DNA of 54,287 nucleotides, counting the filler, from Bipalium vagum (Eukaryota): the NCBI GenBank assembly GCA_037834085.1. It is 3 parts of 3 records of this genome, joined end to end, with 100 filler letters (N's around TTAATTAATTAA, not from the genome) between each part and the next. Parts side by side here need not be neighbours in the genome. Positions count along the whole stretch, not along the records: positions 33,486 to 54,287 come from JBBMKC010246332.1; 2 more parts are not named here. One strand, 5' to 3'. Of this stretch, positions 37,417 through 50,760 are shown one piece after another. Within the stretch, counting starts at the first letter, position 1. Every line of letters starts with the position of its first letter. The notes under the pieces were generated by a model that searched no databases, was not told where the DNA came from, and saw only the letters and a list, made by a program, of their open reading frames with translations. The position numbers and the translations under genes were made by a program.

Positions 37417-39011
37417 TAAAATTATTACAATTTACAATTATATTTTAATTATGTATGATTTATAATTCACTACTTAAAACATAACCTTAAACTGTAACAA
37501 TTAAACAAAATATCGCTTTACATATAACGTAATTATACAAATATTATTTAATCATTCTGGAAAGTAATATAATTATTTTCTATGATTATTAAATTTTAAT
37601 TTTAGATATAATAGTTTTAAGTTAGTCGTGTATGACTACATATGACTTATTTAATAAATAATTTATATTTTTAGGTGTTATATTAGAAAAAAATTTATGA
37701 AGAAATTCTAAAAATGTGAATAAATTTATTCATTTTCAAAAATATTACAATTGAATGATACAAGTTTAAAAGACAATTTGGTTCTAAAACCCATGGAATA
37801 AATATAACTGTTGCTCTTACTGAAATTTATACTATATTATTTTACAAATATCAATATTTTGCAACATTTCTTTGTTAAAGATTTTTTACATTCATGTATA
37901 GTAAGGAAAAGAATTTTTGTAAATCTCTAGACATGTCTCCTTAACTTCTAAGAAAAGAAAAATACTTCGAAGAGAATACTGAGCCAGATTGGCTTTAAAG
38001 ACAACGCGAAGAAGAGAGGACCAATAACAATTAGGAAGACTCAGAGCTTGTGGAATATATCCATGGAGTCAACAAGATTACCAGGCTATTTAACATTAGA
38101 GCAGCACTTCTACCAGTTTCCGTGATTGTAAATTCCGACAACTGCTAATTACATTTTGTAACAGGGAATTTACATGTTGAAACGTAACCGGCAATGTTAG
38201 GAATAAGGACATGGAAGCTATAATGGAATGGAGTAACATAGGATCATCCGGTTCATATACCGGTAGAAAAAAATACAGGAAAACAGAAAAAAAATGAGTG
38301 GTTACAAATTTAAATTACAATATACTCATCGAAGTATTCCATTCGTCACATGGAAAATGCTATTACTTTTGCAATCTCAATCATACCTCATTATTAGTGT
38401 ACACAGTGCCGATTACTGAATATATGACGGTATTTTTAAAGAAAATATTTTTCCAGATTTCAATTGTTTGATAAAGTTACATGAAAAACAAGTATGATTT
38501 CTAAAGAATTAGATAATATACTTAATAACAGAAATATTCAATTTGAGATTTGCATATTTTGGCCTCATCTCTGACTAGAATTTCTTTCAGATAACCTCAT
38601 GTGCTTTCAAAATCACATCTTATTTCAAAGTAATCAGAAAATACAAACTTAACTTTACTTGAGTAATTTAAGATAATTACTTCAGCACATGTCATACAAG
38701 AGCGGTGTTTCATTGTGCAACTAATTCAAAGATATAATAAAAATTGGGTGCAAGTAATAATATATCTAAACTAATAATAATTAAATTTTAAGAAATTATA
38801 TTTAACTTTCACACCTGGATTTAATTTTAATCGCAAAATATAATTATATAATTTAAAATAACTTTGATAAAAATCGCTAAGAGCTTCTAATAATAAAGAA
38901 TAAATAAGTTTAAATATAAAAAGAAGCACATTCTAAAATTTATTGTACTTATTTTTCTTAAAACAGTTTGTGTGATAAATTAAGTATTAAAAAGACAATA
39001 GATATATTTTT

Positions 39012-41474
39012 CTAAAACGGAAGACCATTGGTTGAAATCTGTGGTTGAAACGAATATCTGAATCGAAAGCATCTGCAAATATAGGACATGGACTGGGGAG
39101 AAATGAGCAATAATAATGCTATTGTCAATAGTAATATTAAAATAATCTTGAAAAACATTGACTTTTTGTCGAATACCATAGGCGATTTGATTGGATCGAT
39201 AGGAACATTTTCCAGGAAATTATTAACATTATTATTTTCAATGAAATCACAGCACTGTTCTCTGTTCATAATGCATTCACCATATAATTGATCTCGGGGC
39301 CCGGTTTTTAAATTAGGCGCATTGAGTAACATTTTAAAATTTTTATTTACAATTGATAAATCACCGGCGGTTTCTTGACGTTTAATGTTTTTATCTTCTA
39401 AATGTTGTTCTAGGGTAGTTTCTAAAGATTCTGGTTCATTCACATCACTGGTTCCTCCATCTCTAGTCATAGTTTTGTGACTTTTTTTATGAATCTCACA
39501 GGAATTAAATTGTTTCTTTTTCGTTGATACATTACCACCGAAATGTAAAACGACGGGTTCCGATTCAACAATTACCCCGTCCGAACAGGATCGTTTGTCA
39601 ATCACATTTCCCTGTCGACAAGTTATGTCGCATGAAAAATTACACGGATTTTCCAAAACAACAAGTGAATCCATCGATTTGGACAAAGTTAATTCTCCAG
39701 GTTTCACCACTGAATCCTTTTCAACATCAGCATGATGATGACCATCAGTAGAAGAAAAACTGTCGACATTAAAAGTTTCTGAATATTCAATAAACAAATT
39801 GTTAGCAGAATGATAAACGTTTTCAATGATCGACTTATCGGTTGAAAAATCTTTCTCGAAACATGCGTGCCTGCACTCTGTAACCACATCATCAAAAAGG
39901 ATTTCACAACACACCCCATCAACAGATTCTGTGTTCAAAGATAGCAATGAAAACTTATTACCCGTGACAACCAGTGGTAGAATTCTTGGTGTATCACTAC
40001 TCTCCATCATAAAAGACTTCAAATCATCAGCACTGTCGTTACCTTTATCGCCTCTTTCTCGGTTACACAGAGTGTGACAAGTTGGAATGTTTACCTGTGG
40101 TCGATCTGGCTTATCATAAAACGAAAGTTGGTCCTGAGCGGCAGAAACGTGTTCCTGTTGTTGCACTGAAGCCGTCTGAATTGATTTCTTTTCCATCGTT
40201 TGTGTTGATAGAAAGCAAACATTCTCATTGCGCATTTTTATTGAAGAAGTGATGGCACTATTAATTTTGAGCATTTTCATCACTTCCGAGGCCAATTCTT
40301 CAACCATTTGATTTGATTGGCTGTTGAGAATATTGAAAAAAATTTGTTCAAGAGTCAGTTTTGCCAAAGGCGATTTTTTCATGGACAAATTATCCACAGA
40401 GCTCTGATTGAAATGCGCAACCAAATGAGATATTTTATTGTTCCTGTTGAATTTTTTCATTTTTATAGATTTTGATTGACAACATTCCTGGTTCTTTGCC
40501 ACATGAAAAAATTCATTGATTTCCATCGATTTATATTCTGAACTAGTCAAAGAATGATGGATCGACAAATTCTGAGAGAATAAACTCGAATTACACGCAC
40601 AGCTAACTACTAGGATCTGATCTAATTCTGAATTTCCGTTTACTACATCAACTAGTGCCAGTTTAGATGAAGTGAAAAACGTGGAGCAATCATCATTGCA
40701 ATAACATTCACTTGGTGCCTTTTCCTCAGCGAATATTGATTTTTTCAAATTAATTTGACAATGATCTAATTTTCTTGAATCGATCCCAGTTATTTCGGAG
40801 TTTTCTTGATTATCTGGCACATAGAGTGAACGACAAGAAACATCCCCACGAGGATTTCGGTAGTCCAAAAAACAATCAATCATGTCCTTTCGACAAGAAT
40901 CCATCTGCATTTCAAAATATTTCACAGTTCGATGAATTATATCATGAATTTTCTCTTGCAACAATATTTCCGTAACGATTTCCAATTCATCATTCTTGTA
41001 AGCTAATATTTCATTGATCGTAATATTTGTTATCATCGATACAATTTCGTCGAAAACGTTGTCAAAGAACTTTGTGATTTTAACATCACAACAATCCGTT
41101 TCGCTTTTCTGCCGATTTCTACGACCGACCCATTGATTTTCGCATTCATAGAAAATTAACGAAATATTGCTGATTGTAACACTGGAAATTATATGAAACA
41201 TTTCTTCTGCAATTAATATTTCACTCAAGTCCTCCAATATATCATTTTGCAATATTGTCTTTATCAAATTATAAATCAATAATTTATAATAACAATTACA
41301 GAAAATTACCAAGTTTTCGTTTTTTATCGTTAAACACTTATTTTTTTCTCTTACGTTCTCTGAGTGAGAAATATAAACAGGATTCACATTCGATATTTTA
41401 TCTGCCACAAACTCAAATATTGCTTGACTTCTGTCCAGTAGTTCCCGAGTATCTTCAGAATGGAGATTGGTTTT
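39012..41474 (-). CDS. Terminal exon of a large KASH-domain (nesprin-like) protein
   Basis: tttaag|AAA acceptor in frame with the 798-aa ORF. It ends in a TM segment (FFKIILILLLTIALLLLIS) plus a 28-aa tail PQSMSYICRCFRFRYSFQPQISTNGLPF*, similar to KASH SFxPMLRYTNGPPPx. Confidence 0.8.
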   Translation of the reverse strand, partial: KTNLHSEDTRELLDRSQAIFEFVADKISNVNPVYISHSENVREKNKCLTIKNENLVIFCNCYYKLLIYNLIKTILQNDILEDLSEILIAEEMFHIISSVTISNISLIFYECENQWVGRRNRQKSETDCCDVKITKFFDNVFDEIVSMITNITINEILAYKNDELEIVTEILLQEKIHDIIHRTVKYFEMQMDSCRKDMIDCFLDYRNPRGDVSCRSLYVPDNQENSEITGIDSRKLDHCQINLKKSIFAEEKAPSECYCNDDCSTFFTSSKLALVDVVNGNSELDQILVVSCACNSSLFSQNLSIHHSLTSSEYKSMEINEFFHVAKNQECCQSKSIKMKKFNRNNKISHLVAHFNQSSVDNLSMKKSPLAKLTLEQIFFNILNSQSNQMVEELASEVMKMLKINSAITSSIKMRNENVCFLSTQTMEKKSIQTASVQQQEHVSAAQDQLSFYDKPDRPQVNIPTCHTLCNRERGDKGNDSADDLKSFMMESSDTPRILPLVVTGNKFSLLSLNTESVDGVCCEILFDDVVTECRHACFEKDFSTDKSIIENVYHSANNLFIEYSETFNVDSFSSTDGHHHADVEKDSVVKPGELTLSKSMDSLVVLENPCNFSCDITCRQGNVIDKRSCSDGVIVESEPVVLHFGGNVSTKKKQFNSCEIHKKSHKTMTRDGGTSDVNEPESLETTLEQHLEDKNIKRQETAGDLSIVNKNFKMLLNAPNLKTGPRDQLYGECIMNREQCCDFIENNNVNNFLENVPIDPIKSPMVFDKKSMFFKIILILLLTIALLLLISPQSMSYICRCFRFRYSFQPQISTNGLPF

Positions 41475-41556
41475 CTTAAATATATTTCAATCAGATCACT
41501 TTATTTTATAAAATAATTATTATTTCTTTCAGAGGAAAACCGATCGATTTCCTTAC

Positions 41557-44500
41557 CTTTACGTAAATATCGTTAGATATTGATCTATTGAGTCTGATTG
41601 TTATTTCCTTTCAGAGAATAAAACTTAAAATAATGACCACACATAAACTAAAGCCAAACCTCCAAATCAATAAGTGCCCTAAATATATCTTCGCTGATAT
41701 TTTTAAAAGAATTTTCATAAGGCAAGATCGCCTCGTTATTAATCAACGCATTTCTGGTCAACATTTTCCCAATCTCAACGACCGAAAAATTCTGAAGACT
41801 AGCACAATAATCCACAATGTCGTTTACAACTCGGACTGCCTGACGAAAACTGGAACCATAGAAATATTAATTAAATTAAAATTATACATTCTTCAAGAAT
41901 GAAACGCGAAACAAATTGAAATAAATTCTAAAATACTCACTCAAAAAATAGAAAAGCTCTAATGAAAAATAAATAAAATTTATAAAATCACATTTTTATA
42001 ATGAAAATATTTTTAAAAATTTACTCTTTCTTAATTTGATTTGCCAATTCAGAAATTGTGCTGATGTTTTCATTAAGATATTTGTGGATATCATCATAGA
42101 ATTTGAATCTTTTATTTGTCATTCTTTTCAAATATATGATGGATATGCACATCTCAACCTCTTCCAACCAACTTGATATCCTTTGTTGATAATTCTACAA
42201 GATAAAAATGTCAATAAGCAAATCTCTTTATAATCTGTTGCCTACTTGTAAAGAATAGATGTGAGTTTTCATGGTAGTACTTATGTTATTGGACATTGGA
42301 ATGGTACGCAATATCGAATCCATAACGACAATCATAGAGACCAATTCAATGTAGGATCGTTTTGTTTTTACTAAAACATGATGAACCATGCTTGTGCAGC
42401 ATAACAATCGATGACATTCTCCGTCAACTGCACGCCAAATAATCAATAAATCCTTTGTCTTGGCTTCGACAACATTCTTATCTTAAATCAATAAAATGTG
42501 ATTAATGACAGATAAAAAATAGTAAAAATATTGATATTCGACATTTTAAAGTCTGAAATATTTATAGAATAAAGAAAAAATGAAAATACCGAGGCAACTC
42601 TCACTGCTCAATTTAGTTAACATGACGTGCAAATCAACGATATTCAAAGCACAAATGGCCGTTACTCTCCTCAATTTACAGAGTTTTGGAAGTAGATCCA
42701 CCTCGTTTAGGTAATTACCAATATTGTGGTTCAAAGCTAATTGATTGCTCAACAAATGAATATTTTTCATCAAAGAAAGTCGCATTAAGTAATTGTAACA
42801 CGGATAGTGTGACAGGGCAGAAATGGTTGTCTGCAGTCTGTGCGTTGAAATCGACAAGACGATTTCAAAATCATTTGGTTCCATTTTAATCAACAAATCA
42901 TTGGGTAGTTCGTGCTCGAAATTGTAACAGCCAATCTGAACCGATTACAGACAATTCAATTTTTATTAATATCTCGAAATAAAATCAATAATCTATAACC
43001 TTTTCCAGTTCCCAACCATTCTTTTTCACCCACTGTTCAAAATCAAAAGACAATCGGACAAGGTTTTCCGACTGGTCGTATAACTTATTGATTCGGTTAA
43101 GAATATCATCATTATGTGTCGAAGTATCTGAAATATGTACTATAATAATTATGTACTATAACATAAAAAAGTTTTTAATCAAAATATGGACAAAAACAAT
43201 TTTTGAATAATATTTATTACTCCATATGCTTTAATTTGCAACTATTGATCTTATATATATAGATGTAAGAACAATAACATAAACCCTCAGAAATTGATAT
43301 TATTGATTACATTATAATAATAATAATTTTTAATCCAACGTTATCATGTTCATCGATTATATAATTGATATTTTATTAATCCGTAACTACTTTTAATAAA
43401 CTTCGTTATCTCGTTGATCAAAAATTATTAGAACATTTTAAAACGATTAACATTCAGTTGATGGAAAATGTATCAGTGCTCCTTGAAAAAGGAGAAAAAT
43501 ACTTACTAAAATTCCGACGAGTAGCAAATCTTAAATTACAAAGAATTTTTATTGCCATTTTCAATCTTTTGCGCAAAGCGAAAACCGACAATGATTTATT
43601 TCGCAAAATGGTCGATTTTGTTACGGAACTGTTTTTATTGAACAAAGTGAACATGAAATTCAGCTGATGCTGGGTCAGGTCGAGTAGTTTCTTTGTCAAT
43701 ATCACAGTGTGAGAAATACGACGGTAAAAGTCTGATGTTTTCATGTCACTGGAAGTACTGTAGTTCTTACAAGAAAGAAACTTATTACTAAATCGATAAA
43801 ATTTAGTAATAATAAATACTTCTGTTTGAAAATTGTCTTTCTCCGCAACACTTTCGTTATTAGAACACTGTCCAATATTCAAAGAACATTCCATGATCAA
43901 GCTACTTGAGAATTCTGTGTCGGTCCTTTCATTTATCACATTTGTTTTATCAACTGAAGTATCCTAAAGAATTTTTTCATAAATTTCGAGAATCAATCAA
44001 GAAAAAGTCAATAACAAATTCAATCTCAAAATTAAATCAATATCTTGAATTTATTTTAATTTTATAAAGAAACACATTTGCACACATGAACAAAATTCAA
44101 TAATAAGTTGTTTCATTTAAAAATTTTGATTAAAAAAATTAGATTTATATCAATCATTTCTAAGATCTTTAGATAATTATTGAGTTAGATTGGAAAATGA
44201 TTCGACTGGGATCATATACCATTGATCAATCAGAAAATTTTAGTGGAAAAATTTACTTGGATTATTGATTTTTCGGAAATATTTATCATTTGACTCCGAT
44301 TCTCGGCTCTATTATTGACTGATGAATTATATTTCTCTAAATTTACTTCAAATTCAATGTTCAAAGGGCGTGGTTCACCTTCGTTCACAGAAAAATCATT
44401 ATTTTTAAAGATATTGGACAATTGAGAATTTACAATTTTGTAATTATCCAAAATCCGATTTTTATCTGAAATGAAATCAAGAAACCCACTCATCAGATTG

Positions 44501-47500
44501 TTTTAAAACTTCAACAAAAAATCAAACCATAAACCATAATTGATTGATTGTGTATATCACTTTCAAACTCAGATCTCAACTGCAACTCCGATAATTTGAC
44601 AATCAATTCCAGATCATCAATACACACAGAGTGTTCACTGCTTTTATCATCAAATTGATCTTGATCTTCAAAACCCGAACTATTATCGTTCCAATCTTCA
44701 TTTTCAGAACTGATCGTTGAATCGTTTGCACAAACATCTCTATAGCTCGTAAATCTGCTATCGGACTTCGAAATGAAACCACCCATTTCACTCGATCCTG
44801 AATCGATCAACATGTTTTGGAAAGCACCCTGAAATCCATTGTCCAAAATTATTGATTCATCATTATTGACCAGTTCAATGGACTTGGTGCTATTTTGTTC
44901 TGCCGACTCGTCATCTTTTGAATTGGCATTGTTGTTGGTATTTTGTTTATCAGCACTAATAAAAAATGTCATCAATGCTGACAATAGAACACACAAAACT
45001 CCAGTGAAATATCAATTTTTATGTTATAATTTGCAAGCAGCTTTGTTGAATAGTTTAATAATCATGAAAGAAACTCAATAATATGATTCTCATCAGAAAT
45101 TAATCAATGCGGTCATGTATATAAGGAACGTTGAGATACAAGAAAAAGCTCAATCGTGAAAAAAAAATAAAAGAATTTTGAAATATTGACCTTAAAAAAA
45201 TTAAGTTTTCAGTAAAACTATAAAACATTTATGTAGAAAACCAATAGAAAAACAACTGAGAGTGATATCAATATAATCGAGAATCACATTTTTTTGAAAT
45301 CAAATCACATTCAATGTTGGAAATGTTTATACAGTAACTCCTGCTATAACATACTTCAAATAACGACCAAAAATGTATTTAAAAATTGCTCTTTAATTAT
45401 TTTCATTTTTAAAAGATCCTACCGAAGCTCGCACTGAACAATTGAAAAGAGAACAGAATCATTTAAATAAAGATTTTAAAAATATAGTATCTTAAAAAAG
45501 TAGGTGAAAGTAATGAATATATTTTTTAAAAATCTCAATATCAGATAATAAATAATGAAAAAATTAATTAGCTTTATCCTCTTGAAATATTGATAATTTT
45601 ATTTCAAAATATCTTTTCCCTTTTATATATGCAATTTATTATATATGTATAAGATAGAGGTTATATATATTAAATAATTGTGTCAATTATTATTCATTAT
45701 TATTAAATAATAAACTCCGAACTAATTTATAAATACTTACTTTATTTCAGCGTTCAACACGAGACTCTGATGAGAGGTACAAGCATTATTATTAAATTGA
45801 GTATCCACCGAAATCTTAGACTTAAATTCCTTTGAATCTTCCTGTTTCAAATAAAAACTATAGGATTTCCACATATTTTCGATATATTCCAATCCTTCCT
45901 GTTCACTTCCAAAATCATTTTGACGAATTTTGTAAATAGCCATTCCCAAAATCGCATTAAAATATGATTCCCGTTCCTTTTCTTCCATAAAATCCATTAT
46001 CTTACTTTCTGTTTTTTCTTCTCCGTCTTTCTCTTCTTCGAATTTGGTACCTAATCTTGAATCTTTATCAGCGCTAACATCGAGATACGACCAATCGCGT
46101 AATTCAAATGAATATTCTTGTTGATCGAACTTGTTCCGAAAAAGAAATTCTACGTTTTTATTAAGGTGACAATAACAATTGTCTCTGCAATATTCTTTGG
46201 CATTGAAGTGGTCATTGATAACAATGTTTGTTTGACGGTCTGTAAAATGATTTGACGAATTGAAGAGATACTCAGATCTGTTTGTTATTGATTCACAAAG
46301 ATCAGAATCATCTTCATTTGCGCGATGAGCTCCATCACCTTCATCAATTTTCTCATATTCATCTTCTGAAGAAATTTTTGTTTTAAATAATAAATTAAAC
46401 TCCAATATGCACAACTGATAACATTAAATTAAAATTGAATATACAACCTATTTTTATCACAAATTAAAATATATTCCCTTTCTTAAACTAGTAACCAAAA
46501 ACATGTTTATAGTAAAATGTTGGCTCCCCTCTTTTAATCAATAATCAAAGATAAAATTTACACTTACCTGAAAATGGAATTATATCGACATTATCATAAC
46601 CATCTATGATTGATTGTTCGCTACAGGGTGTAATCAAAAATCCTGAATCAAGTGAAGACAAGCTTTCGTCGTTTAAATCACCAAGGTTTTCCATTGAGTT
46701 AGGCATGACAGAGAAAGAATTCACACTAGTCACAAATGAACTTTTCGGAGCTGGGGTTGAGGATAAAAATGAAGGGTTTTGGAAGGAATGCGACTCTCTG
46801 GTTTGTAGAGTTTTACGAATAGGAGACAGAAAATTTTGAAGCAGTAACTGCGTTCTATGATATTTGTTCTTGTCGTCATTCCTTACTTTGTCATTCATAG
46901 CCGAGAATTCCATAATCACCAAAATATATTCCAAAAGTTTCGATTCCAGTTCCAGCAGAAATGATTTAAGATTGACAATTCTCTGAAGCTGTTCTACATT
47001 TATTTCCACGGAGAACTCGTTTATTTCCTCTTCCGTGGAATGGAAATATTTGAAATTAATGGTACACTGGTTACCGGAAATAAGCCGTTTCAATATTTTT
47101 CCGATGCAACACATTTTTTGACCAACTTCATAGAGCCATATCAAAGTCTGAATGAAAATAACAATATAAACAGAAAGAAAAGTTAATTTTAACACCACCT
47201 TATCACAATAAGCCAAAAAACGAGCCGTTTTATATATGCACTGCTTGGAATATCTCATTAAATTCCGTTTTTTATCGAAATCTGATATTAATAAGAAAAG
47301 AAGAAAATTAAAACATTCTTTCATTTAAAAAAATAAGGAAACGTACTTGAAATATTTGCGCTAAGCAGTTTGTGCAAGCATGATAAATCGAATCCACAAT
47401 CTGACAATAATGTTAAATTAAAAGATCTGGAAGAAGAATTACCATTTATTATAAAGTCAATGGAAGAAATTGATAAACGAAATCCACAGGTAACTTCCAG

Positions 47501-49105
47501 ATCATTAATTGGATGATCAACACAAAAATATGAAGCTTGATCAAACTCTAAAATGGCTGTCAAAATTTCGCGGAGAAGGTAAGAGTTCTCGGAGAAAAGC
47601 TTATTTAAATGGAAATTTATGGTATTTCTGCTCATTATCATAAGTTTAATGAGATCAACTAACTTTATCTAATTACTTTATATATAAATAACTAATGTCG
47701 ACACAAATCTAACTTTTTCAAAATTATATAATGACTTTACATCACTTTTGACCAGGCTTTTAATATTATTATTTTGTTGTTTAATGCAGGATACTATTAA
47801 TCTTAATCGATCAATCAAGTTGAAAATAATACTAGCTTCATTCGGACAAATAAATGTTTCTTGAAAACTCAGATCCATTTTTGGCAGGAACCTAAAATGT
47901 TCTAATTTCTAAATGTTAAATAAAATATGAATATTGAAATATACATAAAACCATATTTTTCAAAGAATTTTCCATCTCATTAGGAATAAACTGATTCAAT
48001 GAAAAGTTACAACAAACAAAATTATTCATCTAAGGGTTCAATAATTATGGTAATATTTAGTTTTTAAATTGTGGACTCATTATTTGTTATCTAAAAATAG
48101 TTTATAAAAATTATATTTAATATAAAATTTCATATTAAATACAAAAATAAAAATAAAGTAGTATACAATTACGATTTGAATTACTTAAAATGAATAAATC
48201 ATATATTTAAACAATAGCGATAATTTATGATTTATTTTCAAATTTTACCTTCATCTATATTTCACTAAATAATTACTGAAAATTAAACAAATTTATTAAT
48301 ATTATGTGATTATTAATCTCCGATAATAAAACGAAAATAACCTAAATATTTTTAAAGATAAATCATTACAACATTTACAAGCTTAAAAATTACTTAGACT
48401 TGTATAACTTTTTTTATCTAGTCTTTATTCTTGCTATTTAATTTTATCACAATATATAGTTTTAAACTGTAAAATTTATTTTTTTATAAGTTATAGTAAC
48501 TATTGTACAACATTTTAAAAAAATCACATAAAAACAATAAAATAAATATTTTAAAATTATTACAATTTTAATTTTTGATTTGATTTTATAAAAAAATTTC
48601 AAATAAAAAATATTAATGAAACTCGATTAACTTGAGCCGTTAAGCAGAGTTCCACGTTAACCGATTTTCACAATGTCACAGTACAATCCGTACAATAGTA
48701 GTAGTAAATAAATATTAGCTTAAAATGTATTTTACTATTTTTCCACATAAAATCATAAAGGAATAAATACAAAAAAATGTTTATATAAAAACAGTTAAAA
48801 TAAGCAAAGATGACACTGACGAAATAAAATATATGTATATAACATTTATCTCTAAGGCATTGTCTTGTATTTTCCTCAAATTCACTATAAGTTCTACCAT
48901 GCTTCACAAGAAAAAGGTCAATGTCTTGAAATAGAAATTCCTGATGTCTGATTCTACAATGATATGGTCTTAATTCGCATATTCTTTTCATGAAAATGTC
49001 TCTGTAGTCTACAGAATCGACTTCATCGATCTCATCATCCACATTTTCATTTTCAAGATTCTTATCTTGAGTACGAAATTTAGACTTACGGAACCATTTT
49101 TTCAT
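41557..49105 (-). CDS. Upstream exons of the same KASH/nesprin-like gene (about 15 exons)
   Basis: Phase-compatible GT-AG junctions read for 49105-48821, 47990-47952, 47908-47714, 47668-47347, 47281-46568, 46365-45741, 44955-~44530, and for the last small exons near 42195-42025, 41850-41659 and 41607-41557. Middle exon boundaries (44470-42240) are approximate. Spectrin-like ISSWLEEVE at ~42170. Confidence 0.65.
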
Positions 49106-50309
49106 GGTCAAATTTAACTACTTCTAAAATTTAAAATAAATTACAAAACCTTTAATTTTTACATTTTAAATAAGTAGAAATAAAAATAATAGGAAAAAAT
49201 GATAATAAAAATAATAGTATGAGAAGTATAATTAACTAATAAACTACTCTAAATGCTGTTTTGTAAAAAAATAAAATTCAAACACGAAAAGATCATTAAT
49301 GAAGTAATTAAATTAAAAAATTAAATTTAGAAAAAATGATAAGACCATCTTGATTTATCGAAATCTTAATCAATAATTCTTTGTACGCTTTAAATATAGA
49401 TAACCTTATGTATGAAATTATTTTAAAATGTATCTTGTAATTTAACATCAATAGTGGGAAAATTACCAATCACGGTCAACACCAAAGCCCCAATATCGAA
49501 TATCGAAAAGGCTCAATTTTTTTATTTTTTAATGTCAAATACCAAATATCGAATAAACCTAAATTGGTTTTGACTCTTCAATTTCGAATACAGGATACTG
49601 CAATACTACAATATCAAATACAGAATAGCGAACATTGAATACCCATGTAATCCTTATTTTTCTTACTACTATCACTTTTTTCCAAATTTTATTGTTTTTC
49701 ATTGATTATTGATTTTTCATAATTGACTTCCTAATGAGTCAATATTTTCAATTTTATGAATATCATGATTCATGATTGTAACATATAATCCATCAATCTA
49801 TCATTTTATTTTTTTACAAATGGATGAGAAATATTTTTGCGAAACTTGTAATAAAAGTATTTCAAAATATTATAATAGTAAACATTTGAATGAAAACGTA
49901 CATTTTAAAAATAGTACTAATAAAAGTACAGATGAAAAAAGTAAAAGAAAAATATTCAAGCATTTTTTTAAAAAAAAGTGGTGACATCCAATAAGCTATT
50001 ACAAATAATAAATTTTTAAATAAATTTGCAACAGGAAAATGTCCAGAAAAATGTTTAGAGGCCCTTTTATATCATTTTTGTTTTCCACCCTTCAGCCTTG
50101 GGATGTCAAACTACTCATGGAATATATTGACCTCTGTATAAAATTATCTTGAGCCTTGATTATTTTAAGTGTATAAATTATTAGGATAAAAATAAAAAAA
50201 ATTCAAGAATATAGTTTAAAAGGTTAGTTTCCATTTGATAGGTTAATTTATATAGTAATGATAGAGATACTTAATATAGTTTATTTTGTCATATTAAAGA
50301 AATACAATT

Positions 50310-50760
50310 TAGTTATTAAGAGTTATTAAATTTTGGTAAATTAATTATAGTATTACTTAATATAGTATATGTAATGATAATAGAGATATAAGTTACTGCT
50401 AAATAGTCAGGTCATCCTCCTTATCCTACATGTTGTAGGTAGATATGATATGATTGCGCGATAACAGACGCAATCATATCGGTTGATAACCTATGATCTC
50501 CTTGAAGCCAATTCGACGAAGTCTGTTATCATTTTCTGGATTTCAAGAGGCACCCGAGATTAATCGTCCAGATATCGATTTAGTTGCGGGTTGCAAGTGC
50601 CATTTGTTGAGCGAGCTCCTTATATTTCTTCTGGTTTCTCTTTCTACCTTCAGAAAAGTTCGAGCATTCGTCATATGGCACTTTTAGGTCGATGAGACTA
50701 ATAACTCTCTTGAAGTTGGATCTGACAATTAAGTCTGGTCGTAGCGTGACTTGCACCTCA
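50310..50760 (-). mobile_element. 3' tail of an RLE non-LTR retrotransposon, copy A
   Basis: Minus strand EVQVTLRPDLIVRSNFKRV..LIDLKVPYDE..RNQKKYKELAQQM..LSTDMIASVIAQSYHIYLQHVG*. Confidence 0.8.

Noticed and set aside
37920-38280. GC-richer island between the PKA and KASH genes
   Set aside because: Probably a retroelement scrap, but no diagnostic motif in any frame.
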